Source: Azolla caroliniana
Lineage: Eukaryota > Plantae > Polypodiophyta
Reading direction: 5' to 3'
DNA length: 64,000 nt
NCBI GenBank assembly: GCA_043228905.1
Contig: JBHGNT010000007.1
Span: forward strand, 8,122,001-8,186,000
Part shown: positions 1 through 10,300 of the stretch, in pieces
Position numbering within the stretch: position 1 is the stretch's first letter
Layout: each line of letters starts with the position of its first letter
Notes under the pieces: generated by a model
Databases searched by the model: none
Seen by the model: only the letters and a program-made list of their open reading frames with translations
What the model was told of the DNA's origin: nothing
Made by a program: the position numbers and the translations under genes

Positions 1-2700
1 CACTTGTGAACGCGAACATGTTCATGTACTTTGCCAACAACGAGATCCATTGTTTGGAAACACATCAACCTCTAAGCACCATTCCATCATGGAGGAATGA
101 AGAAGTTGATGTAGGATTCATAAGGGAAGAGTGTTCGTAGCACTTGTTATTCAACATCAAGTGGAATTCAAGTTGGACTTGATATGAGAAGCCAATGGCC
201 ACATGAAGGAGAATCTAGGTCGTTTAGTTTTTGAATCGAGAACTATTTCTGGCTTATGAGGTTTAGATGACAAATCCTCAAATGTATAGACTAGAGTTTT
301 AATGGAAACTAAATTATCATCAGAACCTAAGAGTTCTTTGAGACGACTAAAAAATTGAGTAGAGATAAAAACGAGTGTACGATGTATCCCGTGACGCCTT
401 GCTAAGGGTGCATCATGACATTAAAAAAGAATTATCTTTTTCACCTCAGACAAATTAGGGACACAAACCTAACCATCACGATAGAGCAAACCGTTAGCAA
501 TGTAAAAGGTTCCTTTCGAGGATGAAGTTTATGGCATTTGTTCCAGATTCAACTCTAACCTAGAATTTTCCAAAATAATTGTCATGAAGGTCCTTTCCTC
601 GAAGTTGTTCATACAGATCAAATTTAATTTCAGTGAAGCTAAGCATGTTAACTTCATGAATACGGCTCAATGCATCATCGATTGTGTTCATGGATCCATT
701 ACGATATCGTATAGAAAAATCGAAGTCCTAAATGAGTTCTGCCCGTCATGCCTTGGACCTATGAGGTCTTGTTGGTCACAAAAATATATTTCAAGGACTT
801 GTGCTCCATAGTGAGCACAAAACAATTCCCATACAAGTAATGTCTCCATGACTTAGTGTATGTATAATAGAAAATAGTTTGTTTTTTTGAACTAAGGATT
901 GACACCGAGTTGAGGTTTTCCATCTTGATAAAGATTGCCCCTACCCCATACTCACTTGCATCAGTCACAACCTCACAAGGTTTAGATGGGTCTTGTAAGA
1001 GAAATGAATGAGCATGGCACACATGTTCTGTAAGTGTTCTAACTGACTTATCTAGATGATCACTCCAAGAGATTGGTTTTGTAGACTTACGCATTTGACC
1101 TTTTAAAAGGTTGGTAAATGGTGTCATCAATTGGGAATAATTACAAATATATATTTTCGTAAGAACCCCACAAAAGCTAAAAGTGAATACAAATGGTTCT
1201 AGGGGTAGGCCATAGTTTGACTTTCCCTATTCGAGAAGGATCAATTTGGAGACCTCATTCAGTGATCAAATGTCCAAGATAAGTAATTGAATTCTTGAAA
1301 AATTAACATTTCGATAACTCAAGATCAATAGGCTCCTTATCATGGACTATCCAATGATAATCGGTGTTAGGAATGCCATGTAATAAGCAAGCAATAAACC
1401 ACTTGTCACCTTGGAGACCCGATTTTTGGAATTGGGTCCTAGCATAATGAACATAGTCTTCAAGAGAAGAAAATTTTCAACTAGAAAGGGTAAGTTTTGC
1501 GTTGTGTCAGTCTCAAATGGAGGTTGGAGAAATTGTTTCTTAAAAATGTCAACAAAGTTGTCCCATACTATTACGGGCATGACTTTATCCATGTGTATAA
1601 AATACTACGGTAAAACTTACCACGGGATATGGTCATGCCCGTAACAAAGGTAATCCTTTCCTTCTTTACACTCTTTTAACCCTCACACTTTATCCACTTG
1701 TTAGAATACTACAATAAAACTTACCATGGGATATGGCCATGCCCGTAACACATACATGCCACCAAGTGACAACTTTAACTCCAAGCTCACAACTAGCATA
1801 GGAAATCTTTGTATGATTTGGCTTGGGATGAAGCTCAAAATGAGACTCCTGATGACCAAGTCAAGTACTAATAGCTTCTTCGGTCCATTCCTTCTTATCA
1901 CTTGTGTAAGGTTTCATGACAAAGGACAGTTCACCTCGCTTTTCCTCTTTCAAGGAAGAATTCGTGTGCATATCCAACACGGGAGATTCAAGAGCTCCAT
2001 GAGATTTCCGAAGCTCAGAAAGCTTAGCCAAGGTGGAATTGCGGACATGTTGTATTTGATGAAAATATGCCTCAATAGGAATAGTGTTAGATATTGTAAC
2101 TAGTGCCACAAGCGTCGCATCATATTCCATATTTGTGTTGTTAATTTGCTCCGTTGAGATGTCTAAAGCAAATGATTGACAATTTTTAAGAACTTATGCT
2201 AAAAACGTAATAGTGTTGCACAAGTTTTGGCAACATCATGTGATAAAAGTGTGAAAAGATGTCCTATCTGATCCACCAACACTCCACTTGGGTTCTATCA
2301 ATTTTTGATGGAAGATTTTGTCAAATCGAATTCTCCAAGTGGTCCCCCCTTCCGAGTAATGTTATTCCAATTGATAGATCTAAAAGATTTGATTGTGGTC
2401 CATGTACCTGGTTTTTGAGGAACAATATTGTTGAATCAATCTCGGAGATGTAGAAATTCCAATCTCATGTCCATACCCCTTTAGACATGTGAGAAATGTT
2501 TCAAGAATATGGACACTATGGTAACAATAAGGTGTTTTAACAACCACATAGGAGACATTAAAAAAATGTGTGTTCCTTATCTCTATATCAAATGACCATG
2601 GCCGCACCCAAGGCTCAACCATGTTTGTTGATTAGAAAGCATGATCCAATCACTTTAAGGATGGCATGCAAATAGGGTCCACATATTTGGTTTCTACGCT
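1..2700 (-). mobile_element. Heavily degraded Ty3/gypsy pol remnant (RNase H recognisable; boundaries approximate)
   Basis: Minus-strand frame 759-1130 has gypsy RNase H motifs VVTDASEYGVGA and WRHYLYG. Flanking sequence has many stops and frameshifts. Confidence 0.7.
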
Positions 2701-2867
2701 TTATGTCTAACACTAGGATCCTGAATTGCACACAACAAATGCCTATGTTTACAAAAGTCATCTCCATGTCAATGAAAATTTGTTTTACCTCATTATGAGC
2801 AAATACTTCTTACATACGATACTTATCTATTGAACGACAGAATTCGTAAATGTGTGTTGCCATGATA

Positions 2868-3178
2868 TGTTGGGAGACAGGTCCCTCCGGATGGGAAGGG
2901 AGAAGAATAGTGTTGATGAACAAAGTCGGCCGAGGCCGATAGGCCTCGGCCGAAACCGGATGAGGAGTACCCAGCTACGAAGAGCCGGATGGTGCAGACC
3001 CGGTGAGGAGTGCTCACCGGATGAAGAGACATATTTGTAAATATGTTTCTGAGAGCCCATCATGGCTATATTTGTAAATAGCCGAAAAGTCATATTAGTA
3101 TAAATATGACTTAGGGCAAACTTTTAGTTGTTGTAGTTATTCTTGTTGGTGCAAGAAGAGAGAGAGCGCGTAACCGTG

Positions 3179-3226
<48 letters not shown>

Positions 3227-3499
3227 GGTCGTTGCCTCTGTTGAAACCGCCGCCTGTGGCGAAGATCGTGAGCACGAGGTCGTTGCCTCCGTGAACTCAC
3301 TGTTTGTACATTCTAACATAGTGATAGTTTGCAGCCTGTGGGCTACTGTGGTTTTTTCCCTAGTTTGGGGTTTTCCACGTAAACATCCTGTGTACCCTTC
3401 TCTTCTTTCTGTCGTGAATTTATTTCCCGTTTTCTGTGTATGATTCTAAGCTCGGTTGTGGCCGAGCGTTGCGTATAGGGAGCGTTTCAGTTCCTGTCA
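2868..3499 (+). repeat. LTR1 (5' LTR of copia A1)
   Basis: TGTTGGGAGA...CCTGTCA, 632 bp, with TATAAATA and a (GA)n tract. Followed by the PBS. Collinear with 20339-20934. Confidence 0.95.
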
Positions 3500-3501
3500 A
3501 G

Positions 3502-3513
3502 TGGTATCAGAGC
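3502..3513 (+). promoter_or_regulatory. Primer-binding site (tRNA-iMet) of A1
   Basis: TGGTATCAGAGC, 2 nt after the LTR end. Confidence 0.95.
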
Positions 3514-3889
3514 GAATCGACACAGAAAATGGACGAATCGTTGGGCGGCATGTTCAAGCTCACCGGCTCCAAATATTCAGTGTGGAAGTCGAAGATGAGG
3601 GATATGCTCGTGGTTAAAGATCTTTGGTTGCCGGTTCAGTTTGGGGACAAGAGACCGGACAAGATCGATGCCACGGTATGGGAGGTGATCCCGGGGGCTC
3701 CACTATATTTAAAGAGGTTGTATCACGTGCGTTCAAGATATCTTTTATAAACCCCTTATACATATGTTTTTTCAATATTTTAGAACCCTTTTGTAAAAAA
3801 ACAGTTAATAAAAATACCCCTTATTGTCAATATATATTTTGACAACAACTATTTAAAATACCCTTACATAGAAAAACGCATGTATATCA

Positions 3890-4280
3890 TAGAGATGTAT
3901 ATCAATCTGCATTGTATTATTTGAATGAGTTGGGCATATTTTATGCATGGTTGTATGTATGTATGTATATGTTATGTGTATGTATTGTGTTGTATTCCAT
4001 GTCTATGTATTGTATTGTATTGCATGTGTATGTATGTATGTATTGTGTTGTATTCCATGTTTATGTATTGTATTGTATTGCATGTGTATGTATACATGTA
4101 CTATATTGTATTCCATGTTTATGTATGTATGTATGTATTGTACTGTATTGCACGTGTTGTATGTATTGTATTATGCCATGTGTCTATGTGTCTATGTTCA
4201 GTGTGTCTATGTATGTATGTATATATGTGTTCTAAATATCTGCATGTTAGATCTATGTGAATGTGTATTCTATACATGTC
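3890..4280. repeat. Degenerate (TATG/TGTAT)n low-complexity tract inside the DNA transposon
   Basis: Visible simple-repeat tract; source of spurious C/M/Y/V-rich ORFs. Confidence 0.9.
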
Positions 4281-6227
4281 ACAATAAAATAGGTTGGTAG
4301 TGATGCCAAAACTCATCACTATTGGCATCACTCACATACAATCATTTTGCAATGTGTTTATTTTTTGTTTTTACTATTTTTAACAAGTATTTATTTATTT
4401 TTTTCTTCATTTTTGTATTTTTTGTTTTTCTTTTCTACATTTCTTTTGTTTAGAATGTGTTTGTTGTGTGTGTATGTATGAATGTATGTTAGCTTGTTTG
4501 TATGTATATTTTCATGTATGTGAGCGTGGAGAGTATGTGCGTCTTCACACCACCTTCATTCAAAGAATAGGATCACCTTCAATGCCATCTTCTTTGACAT
4601 GCCTATGTAACATTGCATATATTGTGGTTTCATGGAAGTGAAAAATGATATATCTAACAGAAGATATATCATAACAAGAATATACCATGTGATGTGCAAG
4701 AATAATTCACAACATTCAACTTGAGAAAGAACTTCACTACATGAAGTTGCTACAATGCCAAAACAAACACATACTGAGTTTTTCTCTAAGAAAACTTTAG
4801 CATTTAAGTCCTTAAGTTCCTACAATGCAACCACACACAATTCTTTTAACCTTTAAACATCTCTTCCATAGCCATAGCCCTTAATCTCTCTACGAAAGAA
4901 ACATAGCAAGTAAGCTATGGAACCCACAAAGGTTCAGATTCAAGAACATCTAATCTGAAAGGTTTGGTCTCAACAACAATATTTATCATAGATAGGTTTG
5001 GTCTTGACAAATTAACTGTTACATAATGAAAACACATTGTGGGAATTCATGTATCCAATTCACAACAAATAAAACCAAAATAGAGTTTCAATTATGCCTC
5101 TTGTATTAGTAACATACTTAAACATGACAAATTTACCTCAACCATGGAAACTAGCACTGCAACCATCATGCTGACCATATGACTTGCATGAAACGTCGAA
5201 GCACCCCATTGAAGAGTATAAGGAATGCAAAGCTTAGAAATTCACAATTTCGGCAACCTTGATGTTCCATCTAAATATCAACTTAGATACATATAACTTG
5301 CAATATATAACTAGGAATTACTAAAAGAGAATCGGTAGAGGAACAATGATTTTATATCACCAAAAAATGTGTATCCAATATTTATCCATGAGTAACACAT
5401 TTATGTAAGTGTTATTCACCATCGTGTTACATCATGCCCTTACATGTTCTTCCTTGCCCAAAAATAGATAACATTGAGATATACATTCGCATCACTTATA
5501 TTTATTGATTTTCAAAGGGTGACTCTATCTAATTGCCCACACTTCAAAAACGATGTTATATTGTGCAATGAACAATAGAAACAATCAATATGGCTCAAAT
5601 TACCAAGGTGATGAAACAACCAATGATGCTCGATCAATCCAGCAGTTGGAAGCAATAACATCAAAGGCATGTATGTCTGTAGGCTCCCATTGGTGTTAGG
5701 AGGTATGCATAGGCCCAAATGATAGCCACGCCTATGAGCGTTGAGAATCATTCGAAAAAAAAAATCCCAATTTAAAATTCTTCAAGAACTACATTTTATG
5801 ATTGTATTAAACAATGAAACTTTTGAAGTGAAAGCATAAACAAAATGCTCACAAAACACATTAAACATGCATGTCATTACCTGCATGCGACAACAACTTT
5901 TGGATAATTATTTGGTTGATCCCATTTTCCACACTTTCCCAACTTGCAAGTATAAATAAAATTATTTTAATATCTGACCCAAAATTGACAATTCTTTCAA
6001 CAAAAATGCATATTTCTTAATGTTTGTTGCGTAAAAATACCATAGCCATGGAAAAATCATTAGGAGGAGAAAAACTACACAACATGATTACAACAACTGT
6101 ACATACAACCCATAATGTCGAACTTTTTATATCAACTCACTTGCAATAGCATGGATGGATTTTCACATAATATTCCTTTGTGTGGAGGAGCTCCCAACTA
6201 TGACCTATTGTTGTAATTAGCAGGTGA

Positions 6228-6755
6228 TTTAAGGTTATTAAGGTTCCACACCACATATTTGTCCCATGAACCATAAACCATGATAGGATTCGCAGTAACA
6301 GGTGACAAGTAACATATGATACCCAACCGGTGTGTGCATCTATCTTGGATAGTATAGTTGCACTCGCCGAGAGTGTTCCAAAGCTTGATGAATCGATCTC
6401 TCGACGTGGAAACGATCTGACGATTGTCTGCAGAGAAGGCAACACTCAGAACGTCTTTAGAGTCTCTAGTGAATCGGCGGTTTGTGGCACCGGAGTAGAG
6501 ATCCCACAGATGAAGCTCTCCATCCCAACTCCCTAATACTGATAGAGCAAACTTCCTATTGGAAGAGATGGCAACATCTTATACGAAGTGACCATGACTT
6601 GTGGGGCGTTTCTTCGTATTGCCATAGTTTTCGTCTCGGGTGAGGGACCACACAACAAAACTTGTCTCGAGAATCAGAGACAATCATGTACCCATCGATG
6701 ATGGGGCAAGAAATGGAGGTGAGCCAGTCGTTGTGGCCGCTGAGTTTTCCGCCAC
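6228..6755 (-). pseudogene. RACK1: Captured RACK1 (WD40 G-beta-like) 5' fragment, about WD1-WD4, disrupted
   Basis: Manual minus-strand translation gives (M/V)AEN..LSGHNDWLTSISCPIIDGYMIVSDSRDK / [83 protein letters not shown] / [19 protein letters not shown]. This follows the conserved RACK1 N-terminal half, with a stop and frameshifts. Confidence 0.92.
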
Positions 6756-6819
6756 GGTTTCGATCTGTCTCTGTCTCTCCCCTCTTTCTTGCCCCACATC
6801 AAAATATGTATACTCCCCT

Positions 6820-7538
6820 CCCTTTTATATATGTATGTGCATGTAATATACATATATAATGTATGTAATAATGTATGTGTGTAATATGCACTCATATATA
6901 TGATGTGTGTGTGTGTGTAAATATTTAAGTATTGTAGTTTGTATGGTCCCATATAACCTATATATATATATATATGGTGATATGTGGAATAAATGTACAT
7001 ATGCAATATATATACATATATATATATATGTAATAATGTATCTATATATGTAATGTATGTATGTGTATGTCAATTTGTATATTGTGTAATATGAATGGAT
7101 TATATGATATGTAGCATGTAATTTATTTATGTGTTTGTGTGTGTGTGTGTGTGTGTGTATATATAACTTGTTTGTATGTATGTAGATTTGTAATACATAT
7201 AATATGTCACTATACGTATTTATGTGCATGTGTATGTGTGTGTATATATAATATGTAATTTATTTATGTATGTATATTTTTTGTGTTTGGTATGTATATA
7301 TGTATTTGTATATAATTGTGTGCATAATAATATATGTGTGTAATATGTAACATACAAAATATGTATGTAGCATGTATGCATTTACATATATGTATTTGTG
7401 TATGCATTTACATATGGTAATATATATTTGTACATATATTCATGTTTAGTCAGTATGCATTATAAATGTGTGTAATGCATGTATATACATATTCATGGAT
7501 GTAATGTTTGAATGTAGGTATATGTGCATGTATGCATG

Positions 7539-7570
<32 letters not shown>

Positions 7571-7590
7571 TGTATGTATGTATGCTACTC
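6820..7590. repeat. (TA)n/(TG)n/(TATG)n low-complexity tract inside the DNA transposon
   Basis: Directly visible. Confidence 0.9.
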
Positions 7591-9420
7591 CAAAATTGAC
7601 TATTGTTTGCATAATATATTCTTTACTATCTAATTGAAATATCTAATATTTCATGGGCTTATGTAATTTTTTTCTATAGTGTAATTGATAACACCCTTAT
7701 GTAAATATATTTTTTATCTATTTATTAATACCCTTATGTATATATATTCTGTATCTCAATGGTTAATTTAAACCCCTTTTGATGAACTCACGTGCTATCA
7801 TACAAGTTTTGACAGTGAAGCCCCCGAGGAGGTGATGCACATGAAGACAACGGCATACATACGGTGCTTCATCGACATGAGCCTATACAACAACTTCAAT
7901 GAAGAGAGCAAGGCTCATGAGCTCTAGGAGAAGATCGGCATTATGTTTCAGAACAAAAATGTTGTTAATCAAGTTTCGATATTCCGGAAGCTAGAAAGAC
8001 TCCGGTACCAAGATGGCTCCAGCATGGCGGAGCACATGAATGCCTTCCAGGGGCTGATTCACCATGCAACTTCATTGGAAGTACCTCTTGCCGACGAGGT
8101 ACTAGCACTACTCCTGCTCAGTTCCCTCCCGGATAGCTGGGAGACGTTGGTTGTCACCTTGGGCAACGCCGGGCCGGAAGGAAAGCGGTTATCCCTAGCA
8201 AGAGTAAAGTCGAGCTTGCTAGATGAGGAGGCGCGTCGGAAAGATAAAGATACGAGCTCCGACTCCAAAGCGCTCCTTACTGAATCGAAACGCGGAAGAC
8301 ATAGAAACCGTAGTCCCCAGAACCGGGAGAAGTCGGGGACACGGTCAAAGTCAAGGGGGAGGCCTACTTGCTTCTATTGCGGCAAGCCGGGACACTTCCA
8401 AAAGAACTGTCGGCATTTCCAAAAAGACAAGGAAACCGATGGTACCGATTCGAAGCGGACCCCGGACCGGAACGGTAAGGACCGGAGGGGGCCGGACCGG
8501 AAGGGAACAACGGCAATCGAGGCAAGTGAAGAAGAGTTTATGCTCATCACCAAGGAGAGTGAGATAAACCTTGTTGGCAACGAGATGACCTAGGTGGTAG
8601 ACTCCGGAGCGTCGTTACACCTTACCCCGGACCGGAAATGCTTCTCATTCTACTCAGCCAGTTATCACCGCTGTGTCCGGATGGGGAATGAAGGTAAATG
8701 CCGAATTGTCGGCATAGGAGACGTGTGGCTGACAACACCAACCGGATGCAAGTTGCTGCTGAAGGATGTCCGACATGTTCCGGAGGTTCGTCTAAACCTG
8801 ATATCAGCCGGTCGGCTAGATGATGAAGGCTACACGGGTAGCATCCGGAACGGTGTCATGAAGTTCAGCAAAGGGAGCCTGATTGTGGCTCGGGCCCGGA
8901 AGGTCAACACACTGTACATGATGAATGCCCAGTTATGTCCGGAAGAAGTGAACGTGGCATCCGACACTGCCCGTGAGCTGTGGCATAAGAGGCTGTGTCA
9001 TATGAGCGAGAAGGGGATGAAGAGGCTTGCAGACGACAACCTCATTCCAGTGAAGAACGTGCACTTGGAGAAGTGCACTGATTGCCTGGCCGGTAAGCAA
9101 AACCAGACCTCCTTCCGACCAAGGCCACCGATGAGACGTAATGCACCACTGGAGTTGGTGCATACGGATGTGTGTCAAGTAGACATGAAGTCACATGTCG
9201 GAGCGCAGTACTTTGTGACGTTCATAGATGACCACAGCCGGAAGTTGTGGGCCACACTGTTGAAGATGAAGGATCAGGTGCTATCCGTCTTCAAAGAACT
9301 CCATGCGAGAGTTGAAAGAGAAACCGAACGGAAGCTGAAGGTGGTTCGAGCAGATAATGGAGGAGAGTACCGGGGGCAGTTTGAGGAGTACTGCCGCTCG
9401 AAGGGAATCCAGCTCGAAAT

Positions 9421-9989
9421 TGTTGGGAAACAAGTCCCTCCGGATGGGAAGGAAGAAGAACAGTGCCGATGAACAAACTCGGCCGAGGCCGAAACCGTAT
9501 GAGGAGGACCCGGCTACGGAGAGCCGGATGGTAGAGACCCGGTATGAACCGGATGAGGAGTACCCGGCTACGGAGAGCCGGATGGTGCAAACCCCGTATG
9601 AACCGGATGAGGAGTACCTGGCTACGGAGAGCCGGATGGTGCAAGCCCGGTATGAACCGGATGAGGAGTACCCGGCTACGGAGAGCCGGATGGTGCAGGC
9701 CCGGTATGAACCGGATGAGGAGTACCCGGCTACGGAGAGCCGGATGGTGCAAGCCCGGTACGAACCGGATGAGGAGTACCCGGCTACGGAGAGCCGGATG
9801 GTACAGACCCGGTGAGAACCGGATGAAGAGACATATTCGTAAATATGTTTCTGAGAACCCATCGAGGCTACATTTGTAAATAGCCGAAAAGTCATATTAG
9901 TATAAATATGACTTAGGGCAAACTTTTAGAAACTGTTGTTGTTGTCATTTTTCCTTGTTGGTGCAAGAAGAAGAGAGAGTGCGTAACTG

Positions 9990-10024
<35 letters not shown>

Positions 10025-10300
10025 GAGGTCGTTGCCTCTGTTGTAACCGCCGCCTGTGGCGAAGATCGTGAGCACGAGGTCATTACCTCCGTGAACTCAC
10101 TGTTTTGTACATTCTTACATAGTGACAGTTTGCAGCCCGTGGGCTGCCGTGGTTTTTCCCCCTAGTTTGGGGTTTTCCACGTAAACCTCTTGTGTATCTT
10201 TCTCCTCTTTGAGTCGAGTTTTATTTCCCGTTTTCTGTGTGTCAATCTAAGCTCGGTTGTGGCCGAGCGTTGTGCATAAGGAACGTTGTAGTTCCCGACA
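9421..10300 (+). repeat. LTR2 (5' LTR of copia A2), 880 bp, with an expanded U3
   Basis: TGTTGGGAAA...CCCGACA, followed by PBS at 10303-10314. Homologous to LTR1 and LTR3 but a different variant. Confidence 0.93.
9493..9825 (+). repeat. Tandem array of six 54-bp units in the U3 of LTR2
   Basis: Unit about TATGAACCGGATGAGGAGTACCCGGCTACGGAGAGCCGGATGGTGCAAGCCCGG (18-codon period in the ORF track). Single copy in LTR1 and LTR3. Confidence 0.95.

Larger units (their letters stand above)
3690..7828. mobile_element. Non-autonomous TIR DNA transposon (Pack-type), 4139 bp, 8-bp TSD, superfamily unresolved
   Basis: TSD GAGGTGAT at 3682-3689 and 7829-7836; the uninterrupted site is seen in copy A2 near 10484. 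Termini CCCGGGGGCTCCACT and (reverse complement) CTCGGGGGCTTCACT. Inner CACGTG(C/A)GTTCA at the same distance from both ends. Confidence 0.9.
3529..9420 (+). pseudogene. Copia A1 gag-protease-partial integrase; interrupted by a DNA transposon (3690-7828) and truncated by LTR2
   Basis: ATG 3529 MDESLGGMFKL. Zinc knuckle CFYCGKPGHFQKNC, protease VVDSGAS, GAG-pre-integrase LWHKRLCH, integrase VHTDVC and DNGGEY. TAG stops at 7925 and 8591. Confidence 0.92.

Noticed and set aside
3912-4331. Cys/Met/Tyr-rich ORFs (also 6674-7229, 48610-49109, 61320-61586)
   Set aside because: Translations of microsatellite or low-complexity DNA.
6137-6536. ORF-track proteins at 6137-6445 (-) and 6330-6536 (+)
   Set aside because: Mostly off-frame or antisense readings of the RACK1 pseudogene fragment.
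3681-7836. 9-bp TSD GGAGGTGAT (Mutator-type) reading of the DNA transposon
   Set aside because: Possible, but it puts the two terminal repeats out of register by 1 nt. The 8-bp reading aligns both the outer and inner motifs exactly.
9493-9825. CRISPR-like array or repeat protein (YEPDEEYPATESRMVQAR)n
   Set aside because: Units are contiguous with no unique spacers, lie in an LTR U3 in a eukaryote, and no cas genes are present. The ORFs arise because the period is a multiple of 3.
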